A stretch of DNA of 64,000 bases, from assembly GCA_040954595.2 (NCBI GenBank), contig CM082579.2, positions 13,703,834 to 13,767,833 on the forward strand. Reading direction: 5' to 3'. The number at the start of each line of letters is the position of its first letter. The stretch's first letter is position 1. A model generated the notes under the pieces. It was not told the origin of the DNA. It saw nothing but the letters and a program-made list of their open reading frames with translations, and did not search any database. This stretch comes from Balanoglossus misakiensis (Eukaryota; Animalia; Hemichordata). Of the stretch, positions 22,871 to 34,744 are shown in pieces. The position numbers and the translations under genes were made by a program.

Positions 22871-25256
22871 CTATTACGAGTTTGAAATCTTAGGTGAAGA
22901 GTTTATCAATTTCACTGCCAACCCTGTAGGGCATTCTGGGATATGTGTTCATGCCAAAGCACAAACAGCCATGACCTGACAGCTCAGTTTGTAGATCATT
23001 TCTACAAATCCACAAAGAGACTCAAAGTTTAGAAATGTTGTGTCGGTTAGAAATATTAGACGTATCACTGTTAATACTTTATTTCAAAGCCATGTGAATT
23101 TGTTCACATTAGGGAAATTTTTTAAAGGAAGGGAGGATTGGTATTGACTTGAATAATTACAATGGATGTATTGTCCACCTCTATATAGTGCCCACTTTAT
23201 TCTAGTCCCTGTGTAATTTATATCTACATTAATTGACTTTTCTACCAGGTATGATGGCCACCTGTCTATAAAGGCCAGTTTAGGAAAGTCCCTTTACTAG
23301 CCATAATGGACAGGTTTGACTGCACTTGTGTTGATTTCTGTCTGTAATACGTGTAACACAATCATAAAATTTTTCATAAAGAGGGCACACTTCCAAAATA
23401 AGGTGTCATCTCCAAGCAGACAATGTGAAAAAGGAGGCCGGTAGGTTACAGAGTACTGCTCGAGCTCATCTACTTTGTTGTATACATGATACAAGTTGCG
23501 TGTAAAACTGACCTTACAATAAAATGTGGCTGTCGAAAGTCTGTCCCAACTATAGTGTTGATACACAAGACAAAGTTTTTACTCTTTGACCAACTGGCCT
23601 CATGTTTGCGTCTTGGAAGGGCACCCTCTTTATGAAAAAGGCATATGATATCACTACAAGGAATAAATTAACATGATAGAACATTGCTGATTAATGTCAT
23701 AGATCATGATAACATGAATGCATAGCAATGTTTTGGTACAATTTGGTACATAAAGAAATGGACTACTGTGACAGTATTGACTCTGGGCACTACGTAGATG
23801 ATTCCCAGCCTCAAAATTCTGACTTGCTTCACCGTTGGAAGAAGTCAGTTTTCAGGTTAACATGTATATTTGTACAGAGTGTGGCATTAGTGAGTGGTTG
23901 CATCACATCAATGCATGACAAAAGGTCATCACTGTGTAAGACTCAGAAATAGAATTTGAATACAAATCCTATTAAACAAAATATTCTAAAATTTACATGT
24001 TATTTTAACACCTGTTTACTCCTATAAAAGTGAGTGCACGTGTTTTCGAGGTCTCTTCAATTCAGAAGCCACTGTGTAGGCCTTAGTTGGTGCATGCAGC
24101 TCGTAGACTTAGAAATTAAGTTTGGTTCAACTCAAACGCTTCAAGTCCAGTTAACCATCTCACACTTCTGACACTGGTGGGATTCAAACCAACTTCATCG
24201 AAATGACTGCAGGTGCCTAAAACCCCTTGACTGTAGGACACAAATGCCTGACAGTGATATAACTATGTTATAATGTTACATCGACAATACATACGTTTGG
24301 GGATATGTTGTCTCAAATGATCAAATTGAGACAAATTATCCCCATCTTGTTATAAATCTGAGCCCAGGTGTCTTTGGTGTGAGATTCCAGTAGTCAAGAG
24401 TAGGCTTACCTTGAATAATGTAATGCTTGTAAATAATGTATAATTTCTTCTTACCCTCCAGATATGAATGAATGTCACAGTGGTGGGAATGCGTGTCAAC
24501 ACTATTGTCAGAATACCCATGGTAGTTATCTCTGCGCTTGCAGACAAGGCTTCAATGTGCTGGAGGATGGCCATGCATGTGCAGGTATGTAACTGTGGAT
24601 ATTGATCTCTTCTGTGGCTACACTGTTTGGGGATTGTATATTGCTATGGTTACAATCAGCTAAACTCACATCCTGTCAGTCCATTGCACACATTTTAAAA
24701 TTTGAAATCAACCGCACACTCGTACTGAACACATGTTTGTTGAAATTGTATCTCAGAATTTTTCCATTTATAATTATGCATAATATAAACAAATTAACAA
24801 ATGTGAAAACTTATCTTTGAAAATTTGTTTGCAAGGGTGAAAAAGTAATCTGTTGTTTTAAAAATCAGACAAAGTTTTGCTGACAGGGTACACGAGTTTC
24901 AGGGGATTTTGTTAAAATGAGAATGATAGAGAGTGTTAAAATTCCTAGATTCTGAGATTGCCATGGATATTGAGGACTTTGACGTAAAAACAATTAATTG
25001 ATCAAGAAATATGTGGTTAAGTATATGTGTGATCAACCTCACACTATACTATAAGACTGTCTGATATATTTATGCACAAGTACAATGTATTTTCACTACT
25101 TATATGCATAACTCAATCAAATTAACATAATTTATCGACCTATAGCTAAATAAATTACCACAGCAAAGAATAAATATACACTTAGAAAATTCATATAGTT
25201 TTCATCTCATTTTAAAGAAATTATAAATGCTTCTCCGAGGGGTACAATAATTTTTA

Positions 25257-25779
25257 GGGTAAGCCTAATTCAAGATTCACGTTTCAAGATTCACGTTTCA
25301 TGTTCCACAGCCCAAGATGCATATTCTGATTCAGATTCCAGTCTTGTCTAATATGTTTATGCTGCCATAACCAGGGGTGTGAACGATTGTTTATTGTCCT
25401 CGATCCCCGCCCAAGCAAGGTTCCCCAAATATTGAAATTTACAGAAGGCATTGTTCCCTGCTGTTTTAGAGCTGTGAGTTAACTGCGTAGAGCTGCCGTT
25501 TGTCTACACAATGTTCTAAAAAAGCTGTCAAAGAGAATTTGGTCTGCTGCCAACAAATGACAGCTCAGAACAACCATTGCAGACCTGCAGATGAGCTGTG
25601 GATAGCTGACACAGCTCTAAATCAGAGCTGCAGCAGCTCTCTGCAGATCTGCAGGTTTGGTAAGGGATGTAGATGGCGAAAGGACGTGACAAGACTCGAA
25701 TCTGAATCAGAAAATGAATCTTGGGCTGTGGAACGTGAAACGTAAAACTTGAAACGTGAATCTTGAATTAGGCTTACCC
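25257..25779. mobile_element. Mutator/MuDR-like MITE
   Basis: ~92-bp TIRs starting gggtaagcctaattcaagattcacg, with 9-bp TSD taattttta on both sides. Only the right half remains in the copy at ~21030-21379. Confidence 0.85.
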
Positions 25780-25789
25780 TAATTTTTAA

Positions 25790-26155
25790 TGGGTATATTC
25801 TTAATAACTCATCACCATGAATGATCATTTCAAAACTTAACAAGGCATATGGCTAAAGAGGATTCAGTGTTTGTGCACCTTCTATCTGCAATGCTGGATC
25901 TATTGACAGTTTTCAAAGGGGTTTAAAGACTCGTCTTTTTATTCAGTACTTTCTATTTCATTCCATTGCTTTTTTGGTTAATAGGGACTGTCTTTCAGAA
26001 CTCTTTGGTTTGTTTCGTGTTTTTAAGTGTAATTTATTATCCTTTAAGCTTTCACTTGTTTTCTAATTTTATTATTTTCTGTAGAAAATGCGCTGAGATG
26101 TATGTGTATTATGTTTGTCAGGAAATAAATAATAATAAAATTAAAAATAATAAAC
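25790..26155 (+). mobile_element. CR1/L2-like LINE 3' remnant (copies ~21390-21755 and ~47480-47650+54977-55090)
   Basis: Degenerate ORF2 end AYG*RGFSVCAP...SIDSFQRGLKTRLF, followed by a 3' UTR and an (aat)-rich tail. Confidence 0.55.
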
Positions 26156-26794
26156 TATCTTTGATTTCAGATGTCAATGAATGTATGGAGAGAGCAGATC
26201 TTTGTGAAGGCCAGTGTGTGAATACAGCAGGCTCTTTTTATTGCACTTGTGTTGTGGGATATTGATTGGTCAATTGAGAGTGTACAGGTAAGACCAGCAC
26301 AATATGTGGGCAACGAAAGGTCCTGTATCTGTAACTTTTGAATTTCTATGGCATAAATACCATACCTTTGATCCAACCTATAGCCTAATATATCTCGCCC
26401 TCTAACGACCGCTGAGATAAAAAACTTTCCCCTGATTACGTCATACTCACCGAGTACATATACCACCTGTCCAGCCGTGAATATTCAGTATTATTATCTC
26501 AGCACGAGACAGCGGACATCTTCTCTCTTGAGGTGTTGGATTTTTGTCAAGAAGTGCTCAGCCCTTCGACCATTGCTGCTTTTCGCCTGAGGTTTTTCGA
26601 TTGGGGAAGTAGATAAGTAACGACTTATTTTCTAAACTGCTTGCTTGTGTTATTTTGGCACTTGCAAAGTTTGTTTTTCAGATTTTTCCCACACGTGTAC
26701 GGGTCAGTGTGTAGGGCTTCTGCGGTATTGTCTTTTCATATAGCCTTCAGAAGCCATTTTTGCCCGTGCATTTTTTCGTGTTTTCACTGGAACC

Positions 26795-28546
26795 ATGACG
26801 GAGAGAGTTTCTGACACCGCGTCGCGGTCGTCTTCTCGTACTCCTTCGGAAATAGAAGACTCTCAACTGCCTATTCCGGGTCAAGCTTTCCATTCAGCGC
26901 ACTCTGAAGAGCCTGATGTTTTTTCTGAGTTAGCTAGGGGGTCATCCCAAGATGGCGGCCATGCTTCTGCTAGGGCTTCGCTCGCTTCGAAGCGATCCAA
27001 GTTGGATTCATCAGCTGCTAGGACGGTTGCAGAAACTCCTGTTTTGCCGGTTTCTTCCTTTTTGGATGCAGCAGTTCCGGGTCCGTCTCATTTGGGAGGT
27101 GTTTCATCGGCGCAAACTGTTCAGTCAGGTGTTTGGCCGAATTATGCAGGTATGTCTTCTAGGTATTTTCATACGGTTCCTACCTCCGTCTTGGCTAATC
27201 CAGTGCCTTCGACGTCCATAGGTAGTGCCGGTAGTGTGTGGGGAGGGCTTCACGGCCCACCCCCTATGTGTGTACCAGACCAATTAGCTTCGGGAGTCGC
27301 TCAGGCTGGTGGGAATTTTCCCCCTCCGGGCTTCCAACAGTCGTGGGGTTTCCCATGGACTTGTCCTCCCTCTAATTTGGCGGCACCACTTCAGTCCACA
27401 AGCTGGGGTATGCCTGCTCAAGCTAATCGGGTCTCTGTGTTGGGCCAAAATCCTGTGCACAGTGGTCACACTGTCCCTGCCCCTCCTATTTCCTCCTTCG
27501 ATGTTTCACAATCGGAGTCAGAGGGGCATGATGAGGACGAAGACAATTTGTCCGATCAAGAGGAAACTAGTCGCGCCAGTCAATGGGCTGACGCGGTTAT
27601 GCTAGTGTATAATACTGTACCCCCTGAGGAATGTCCCCCACCCACTGCTGAAGTGTCGGCAGAACAGCTGACGGCTTCTTTTGAACATGTGTTGGGTAAG
27701 GCAGCTGATCCGGTACACCGAAAGCTACCTTTTATTCCTCGTCTGTCGTCTCTGATAGACACGGTACATGCCGAGATTAACGGCACCAGGGACTTTTGTT
27801 ACACTGCTAACAAGAAACCTCGTTGTTACCCTCAAGGGATGTCAAGTCATGTTTTCCCATTGGTGTCTAGACCTCAGGGTAGTCGCGTGTTTGATCTTAC
27901 ACGTGGACCATTCTACCACTCTGCACCAGCGGTTGATTAATCCGCAAAGCAGTTGGTAAGAAATAAAGAGGTTTTGAGGAATTATGTGATTAGGGCTGAG
28001 GATTTTGCCCGCTTAGAGGCAACTACTCGTCTTTTCGCAAGGATCTCTAATTGCACTTTTCTGTTAATCTCAGCTTTAAGCAGAGAGCTTAAACCCATGC
28101 AGGAGGGTGAATCTACTCCTCAGATAGCAGAAAATTGGCAGCATGCCAAACTGTTGTTAACTGAAGCTGCTAAGGCTGTGGTTTATCAAGCAGAATTGAA
28201 TTCTCGTATGGCAGCGTCTCAAGTGTTGATGACGCGTGACCATCTTATCAGTCATCTTCCTTTGGAAAGGGAGGCAGCTCGTACTGCCCGTCTTCTCCCA
28301 TGGTCAGGTCCATTGGTTTTTAATGGGCAATTTGATGCTGTTCTTAGAACAAATGAGGAGTTGCTTAAGCAGAAGTTGGCTGTAGAACAGTTAGCAGTAG
28401 CACAAGCTCAGTCTTCTGTCTCTGGGTCAAAGTTCACCGGCAAACAGAAGTTTGCTAGGAAGAGACCATTTAACAAGCAAAGGAAGGGTCAGCCCTTTCG
28501 TCAGCAGACTAAGCCCCCCAAAGTGGCTAGCAGCCAGCACAAGTGA
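26795..28546 (+). pseudogene. DIRS ORF1 (gag-like) with in-frame TAA at 27938-27940
   Basis: Track ORFs 26795-27940 and 27953-28546 are in the same frame; C-terminal RD..I...LP..G.LVF-like region and basic tail. Confidence 0.75.
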
Positions 28547-30431
28547 CTACACAAGTCAGGACAAAGGGGTAATGGGGTCACAATCTGTGACTATGCCCCA
28601 GACACCATTGCCACAAGTAGCAGTTGGGGGTCGTCTGAAACATTTTGTCCAGGAATGGCAGAAAATTACAGACGACCAAACAGTCCTCTCTTTAGTTTCG
28701 GAAGGGGTTCGTCTGTTCTTCAGGACGTTTCCACCCCTTTCGTTGTATCCTCCAAGTCATTTGGTATCGCACCCTTCCCCTCCTATGTGGAGGGCCATAC
28801 AGGGGCTGTTGGAAAAAGGGGCCATTCAAAAGGTCCCTTTACCAGTTCAGGATACGGGGTTTTTCAGTCGTGTTTTCCTTATTCCAAAGAAATCACAGGG
28901 ATGGAGACCCATTTTGGACCTGAGCGTGCTCAATCAGTACATTATAATCGAGTCTTTCCGTATGGAAACCACTCGAACTATTCGTCAGGCTCTCTCCACG
29001 GGAGATTGGGCAACGACGATAGACTTGCAGGACGCTTATTTCCACATTCCTATCCATGCTCACTTCCAGAGGTACTTTCGCTTTGCGATAGGGAGCAAAC
29101 TGTTCCAGTTTGTGGCTCTTCCGTTCGGTTTGGCCACTGCCCCGGCTATTTTTACACGGGTAGTAGGGGCGTTGATGGCTTTTCTTCATTCCCGAGCAGT
29201 ACAAGCCAATCCATACCTGGACGACTGGTTGCTACACAATTCCAGTTTCCAGTTGACACTGGCAGACACACAAACCACACTACGGGAGACCGTTCGTGTG
29301 GGGTTCATTCCGAGCACAGACAAGTCTTGTCTAATCCCCTCACAGAGGATCCAGTTCATTGGCATGGTCATGGATCTGTCCAAGGGTTTAGTTTTCCCTA
29401 CGGAGGAAAACCTGTTGAAATTAGAACAACAAGTGCATCGGATCAGTTCAGAGTCCATGGTCCAAGCAAGCACATTGCTCAGCATCCTGGGTCGCATGAA
29501 CTTTCTAGCCGAGGCAATACCTTTAGGCAGACTACATATGACGCCAATTCAACTGTTCCTGTTGGCTCATTGGAGGCCGGTATCCGGTCAGTTGACAGAC
29601 CTTATTCAGGTAAAGCCACCTCTAGTTTCACACCTGCAATGGTGGCTAGACAGGGGGAATACTCTCGAGGGAAATCTCCTAGTATCCCCGTTGGCGACGG
29701 TGTCACTGTTTGTGGACGCATCTCTCCAAGGATGGGGTGCACACTTGGGAGACAGGACAATTTCAGGGATATGGTCAGTCGACCAGTCAGTGCGGCACAT
29801 AAATTGGTTGGAAATGAAGGCAGTACAGTATGCACTTCTCCACTTTCACCAAGACATTTGCGGCAAGGTGATTCTGATCAGGTCAGACAACACCACAGTA
29901 GTCTCATTTATAAATCACCAGGGCGGCACCAGATCACCCAGCCTGTGTTATCTGGTATGGGACATGCTGAATTGGTGCCAGACGAACAGCATCACGCTGA
30001 AAGCACTCCACGTTCAGGGCACAAGCAACATTCTGGCAGATGCTCTATCACGGGACAAGTTCTATCCACTAGAGTGCGCTCTACGGCAACCGCTAGTAGA
30101 GCAGATTTGTCTGATTTGGGACAGGCCCCACGTAGACCTATTTGCGACAGCCAAGAATCGCAAGTTCCCGATTTACGCGTCACTAAGGTCGGAACCACAA
30201 GCACTAGCATGCGACGCTCTGTCAATCAGCTGGAAGGGAATGTTGGCATATGCATTTCCCCCACTACCGTTGATCTCCAGGGTAATTTCCAAGGTAGCAC
30301 ACGAAGAATGCGAAATACTTCTAGTTGCACCACTATGGCCAACACGTCCTTGGTTTCCAAGACTACTCCAGTTACTCTATGGCTTCAGCTCATATTCGTT
30401 GGTCAGCAGACAGTGTCACTTTGCTTACTGA
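28452..30431 (+). CDS. DIRS pol: RT - RNase H - DNA adenine methyltransferase-like domain, C-terminus altered by deletion at ~30376
   Basis: VGGRL, RPILDL, DLQDAYFHIP, LPFGL, YLDD; DASLQGWG, HINWLE, SDNTT, NILADALSR; DLFAT, YAFPP, PLWPTRPWF. Confidence 0.93.
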   Translation: MLGRDHLTSKGRVSPFVSRLSPPKWLAASTSDYTSQDKGVMGSQSVTMPQTPLPQVAVGGRLKHFVQEWQKITDDQTVLSLVSEGVRLFFRTFPPLSLYPPSHLVSHPSPPMWRAIQGLLEKGAIQKVPLPVQDTGFFSRVFLIPKKSQGWRPILDLSVLNQYIIIESFRMETTRTIRQALSTGDWATTIDLQDAYFHIPIHAHFQRYFRFAIGSKLFQFVALPFGLATAPAIFTRVVGALMAFLHSRAVQANPYLDDWLLHNSSFQLTLADTQTTLRETVRVGFIPSTDKSCLIPSQRIQFIGMVMDLSKGLVFPTEENLLKLEQQVHRISSESMVQASTLLSILGRMNFLAEAIPLGRLHMTPIQLFLLAHWRPVSGQLTDLIQVKPPLVSHLQWWLDRGNTLEGNLLVSPLATVSLFVDASLQGWGAHLGDRTISGIWSVDQSVRHINWLEMKAVQYALLHFHQDICGKVILIRSDNTTVVSFINHQGGTRSPSLCYLVWDMLNWCQTNSITLKALHVQGTSNILADALSRDKFYPLECALRQPLVEQICLIWDRPHVDLFATAKNRKFPIYASLRSEPQALACDALSISWKGMLAYAFPPLPLISRVISKVAHEECEILLVAPLWPTRPWFPRLLQLLYGFSSYSLVSRQCHFAY

Positions 30432-30933
30432 CCCAGCTTTCTTGGCAAAGAATCGGATTGCGGATCTGCCACAATCGCCTCTGGTTATTCCGAAACTGAC
30501 GAAGTTAGTCGGTCAGCGTTCAGAGGATAGGTTGCTCTGTCCTATCAGAGCACTGAAGTATTATTTGCAGAGAACAAAAGACAGGAGGGGAGAGCAGACA
30601 AGACTGTTTATCTCCATTAGGGTTACACCCAGTATGTCTATTTCACAGTCGACTATTTCCAGATGGATCGTCGAGACTATTAAGTTTGCTTATTCTAGCC
30701 CTTCAGAAGAAGCAATTAGCTGGGCTAAGGTGTCAGCTCATGAAGTCAGAGCTCTTGCTGCTTCATGGTCACTTTTTTCAGGGACTTCCATGGCTGATTT
30801 ATTGTCTGCAGTCCAGTGGAGATCACAGACTACTTTTTCCTCTGCTTATCTGCGAGATATGGCAGCGGAAGCAGATGGCTTATTTTCCTTGGGTCCTATC
30901 TGTGTAGCTCAAAGAGTAGCTCACAGTAAGTAA
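30376..30933 (+). pseudogene. DIRS tyrosine recombinase, C-terminal half only
   Basis: PAFLAKN, LCPIRALKYY, HEVR, W.S.TTF...YL are present; the N-terminal part including the first catalytic Arg is missing. Confidence 0.88.
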
Positions 30934-31482
30934 TAGCCTGGTTCTTTCTGTTGGAATTTTGTTTTTTCGGTTCAAGTCCCACCGCCAGTTGTTCCTTGGG
31001 ACTCTGTAGGCTATAGGTTGGATCAAAGGTATGGTATTTATGCCATAGAAACAAAACATTTTTTATTTTCGTTTCTGTTAGTAAATACTTACCTTTGATC
31101 CAACCAGATACCCACCCGCCTCCCCACACTTGACCTGTGACTGTTTTTCCATTATTCATAAATTTTGGATGGGTCCTCAGTGCGTGGGCAGCATAGTTTC
31201 GGCCTGAGCAGTTATTTCTCGTGCTGAGCAATACTGAATATTCACGGCTGGACAGGTGGTATATGTACTCGGTGAGTATGACGTAATCAGGGGAAAGTTT
31301 TTTATCTCAGCGGTCGTTAGAGGGCGAGATATATTAGGCTATAGGTTGGATCAAAGGTAAGTATTTACTAACAGAAACGAAAATAGAAAATTTTTTGTTT
31401 TTATTCAATATTATTCTGGGTGTCACCCATCATTTCTTGTTCAGCTCGGTGAAGCTAGGTAAGCAATGTTGTTATTGTTTAA

Positions 31483-32084
31483 AGCCTCAGTATTTCTCGT
31501 AGGGGCAAAATTTTGTTTGAAACGGCATCTATAATTTCTAAAAGTAGATGATAATTGATACTGAATCGAACAGTCATCATCCCCAGCTCTGCTCATAAAC
31601 TCATACAATTTACAATATAACGAGTGAAGAATGACTTTCTGTCCGGACAGAAAGTCACGTGAGTCAGGCTCCTGTTGACACACGTGACTAGTGCGCATGC
31701 GCACTCCAATGTGAATCTATGCGGAAGAGGTTTGGTCGCCCCAAATCAAGCGACTCAGCGAAGAAATGCGCACTAATTCGGCGAAATTTTGGGAAGATAA
31801 CTTTATGGGAGAAATCAGTCGATGGAACCAGATCAAATCCGAAAATGGTCTGACCATCAAATGTCAAAGTGGCACGTTTGCTGATCGACGTGTACAACAT
31901 TTCCGTTGTAAACAAACCCGCGCATCATTTCAAGTGTTACGGAAAATATTTACAGCTTGCATGTAGCTACAGTTGCCCAAACCTTTCTTCTATCTTCATT
32001 ATGTAGTATTCCATGATGAATGTACAGGAAAAACGGGCATTTTTCGATGATGAAAAATGGATACACACGAGAAATACTGGGGCT
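31483..32084. mobile_element. Kolobok-like MITE
   Basis: ttaa|agcctcagtatttctcgt ... acgagaaatactggggct|ttaa. Empty site gtttaaacattg at ~22099-22110. Confidence 0.85.
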
Positions 32085-34744
32085 TTAAACATTGTATTCA
32101 AGCCTGGGTCTGGACTTGGATGCAATTTGTCAATAATAACAGTGATTGGTAACTGCATGTTTTCATAACTGGCTATCTGTTAAAGAGACCAGCTGTTCTT
32201 TTTGCTGTGTGTACAGTACACATGCCATTGGCAGCTTATGGCTTAGTCAGTGTTTGCCTGTTGATTTCTCTATGTGTGTGTGTCAGTCTGTCTGTATATG
32301 TACTCCGGTGTAGACTTTTTTTTGTGTTATCCCTGAATGGGACCACTGTGTCCTTAACGCGATGTTTTACACTCAGCAGCGATATTTTGTCTAACACGAG
32401 CAAAAATATCCCCAACTCGTCTGAGAAATCTTATACCAGGTCCTAAGGTTGTGAGATTTATGGAATCTCACACTCCCAAGACTTGGGATCATATTTCTCA
32501 CATGTGTTGAGGATTTTCTGTCCCAAACAAGCTGCAGGCGAGTGTTGGACAAAATATCCCTGACGAGTGTGAGAAATATGATCCCAGGTCCTTCATGTAT
32601 GAGATTATATTTCTCATACGGCCACAAATTAGCCAAATTTATCTGAAAACATTGAATAAATGACTCTTGAACTGTCATCTGGCATGTTGTAGTTTCTGTA
32701 TTGCGTCATAGGATAACATTTAACACACGTTATTAAAGAACACTTTGTCATCCAATCAGCGATCGCGTCATATAAAGCTTTCGATTCAGTGAGAATGTGG
32801 GATTGATTTGTTCTCACACTCTGATCCCACACTCTCAGCATGCCAGGAGTGTGAGAATCTATTTAGATCTACGAGTTTGAAATCTTAGGTGAAGAGTTTA
32901 TCAATTTCACTGCCAACCCTGTAGGGCATTCTGGGATATGTGTTCATGCCAAAGCACAAACAGTTATGACCTGACAGCTCAGTTTGTAAATCATTTCTAC
33001 AAATCCACAAAGAGACTCAAAGTTTAGAAAAGTTGTGTCTGTTAGAAATATTAGAAATATTACTGTTAATACTTAATTTCAAAGCCATGTGAATTTGTTC
33101 ACTTTAGGGAAATTTTTAAAGGAAGGGAGGATTGGTATTGACTTGAATAATTACAATGGATGTTTTTGTTCTCTATTTTCAGATGTGAATAATGAGTGTT
33201 CAGATTCTGTTTGTGCTGGAGGGTGTCTCAATGCAGAGGGTGGATTCAGCTGTAATTGTGGTGATGATGGTTTCTCTCTGAGTGCAGATCATGTCAATTG
33301 TTTAGGTAAGTTTTTTTTGAGTGGGGAGGGGATAGACCAACAATTGCTTTGCATTTCCTGCCTCAAAAGGGCGCTTACACAAGTTGTAAGTGGCAAAGAT
33401 TACAGCGAGTCACCATGTAAAAAAAATAATAAATAAAAGTTATCAGGCACTTTCCAAAGTTACACATTTAGAAAAAAATGAGTTTGTTGTCTCGTGTGTG
33501 ATATTTTTGGCTAACAAAACACTAGCGTCTAATGTGGTTACTACATTGTTTGTTTATCAGTATACAGTACTGGTACAGATAAACATATGATATGACCAAG
33601 TTATATGCCAGATGATATTTATCAAGTTTCACACAATTTTGCTCTCTTGTCGTATATTTTTTTCAAAGCCAACTGTACATGTAATTCAGATGTATTCATT
33701 CAAACACAATTTATCATATTTGTGTTTTCCCCACAGATGACAATGAGTGCGATCAAGCTGGTTGGTCACCGTGCCAACAAGTATGTTACAACACACCAGC
33801 CAGTTACCAGTGTGGTTGTAGACCAGGATTTAAGTTGCACAGAAATCAACATACATGTGTTGGTGAGTATCTACAATTTGGAGAGAAAGTAAGATGTATG
33901 TGTTTGTACTATGTAAGTGTCTAATACATGTTCATGTATATGTGACACTGAAATCATACATTGTACAGTCAGTCATTGGTAAATGTCTGCTATTCATGAC
34001 ACAAATCAACATACAGTCAAACCTGTCTGAGTGGCCACCTCTATGAAACAGCCACATATATATAGTGGCCACTTTATTCTGGTCCCTGTGTAATTTACAT
34101 CCGCTTTAATTGACTTTTCTACCAGGTATAATGGCCACCTGTCTATAAAGGCCAGTTTAGGAAAGTCCCTTCACTAGCCATAATGGGCAGGTTTGACTGC
34201 ACTTGTGTTAATTTCTGTCTGTTATACATGTAACAGAACACTTCATGAATCATGACATTATAGGCGTTTTCATAAAGAGGGCACACTTCCAAAATAAGGT
34301 GTCATCTCCAAGCAGACAATGTGAAAAAGGAGGCCAGTAGGTTACAGAGTACTGCTTGAGCTCATCTAGTTTGTTGTATACATGATACAAGTTGCGTGTA
34401 AAACTGACCTTACAATAAAATGTGGCTGTCGAAAGTCAGTCCCAACTATAGTGTTGATACACAAGACAATTGAGTTTTTACTCTGGCCTTGTGTTCGCGT
34501 CTTGGAAGGGTAACATGACTGCATAGCAATGTTTTATTACAATTTGATACATAGAGAAATGGACTACTGTGACAGTATTGACTCTGGGAACTATGTAAAT
34601 GATTCCCAGCCTCAAAATTCTGACTGTCTACAATTATATTTTTTAGCATTTTTGTTGTGTATATCAACTGCACTTTCAAGTACAGTCAAACCCGTCTAAC
34701 ACCAAAGGGACTGAAGAAATTATTCAGATTGCAGGTGTCCAATT

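Larger units (their letters stand above)
26343..31400 (+). mobile_element. DIRS1-type tyrosine-recombinase retrotransposon with an internal deletion
   Basis: Left ITR ~26343-26509, right ITR ~31217-31400, ICR 31007-31105 complementary to both ends. TTT crossover against the empty site gaatttttattc (~21940-21951). Confidence 0.96.
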
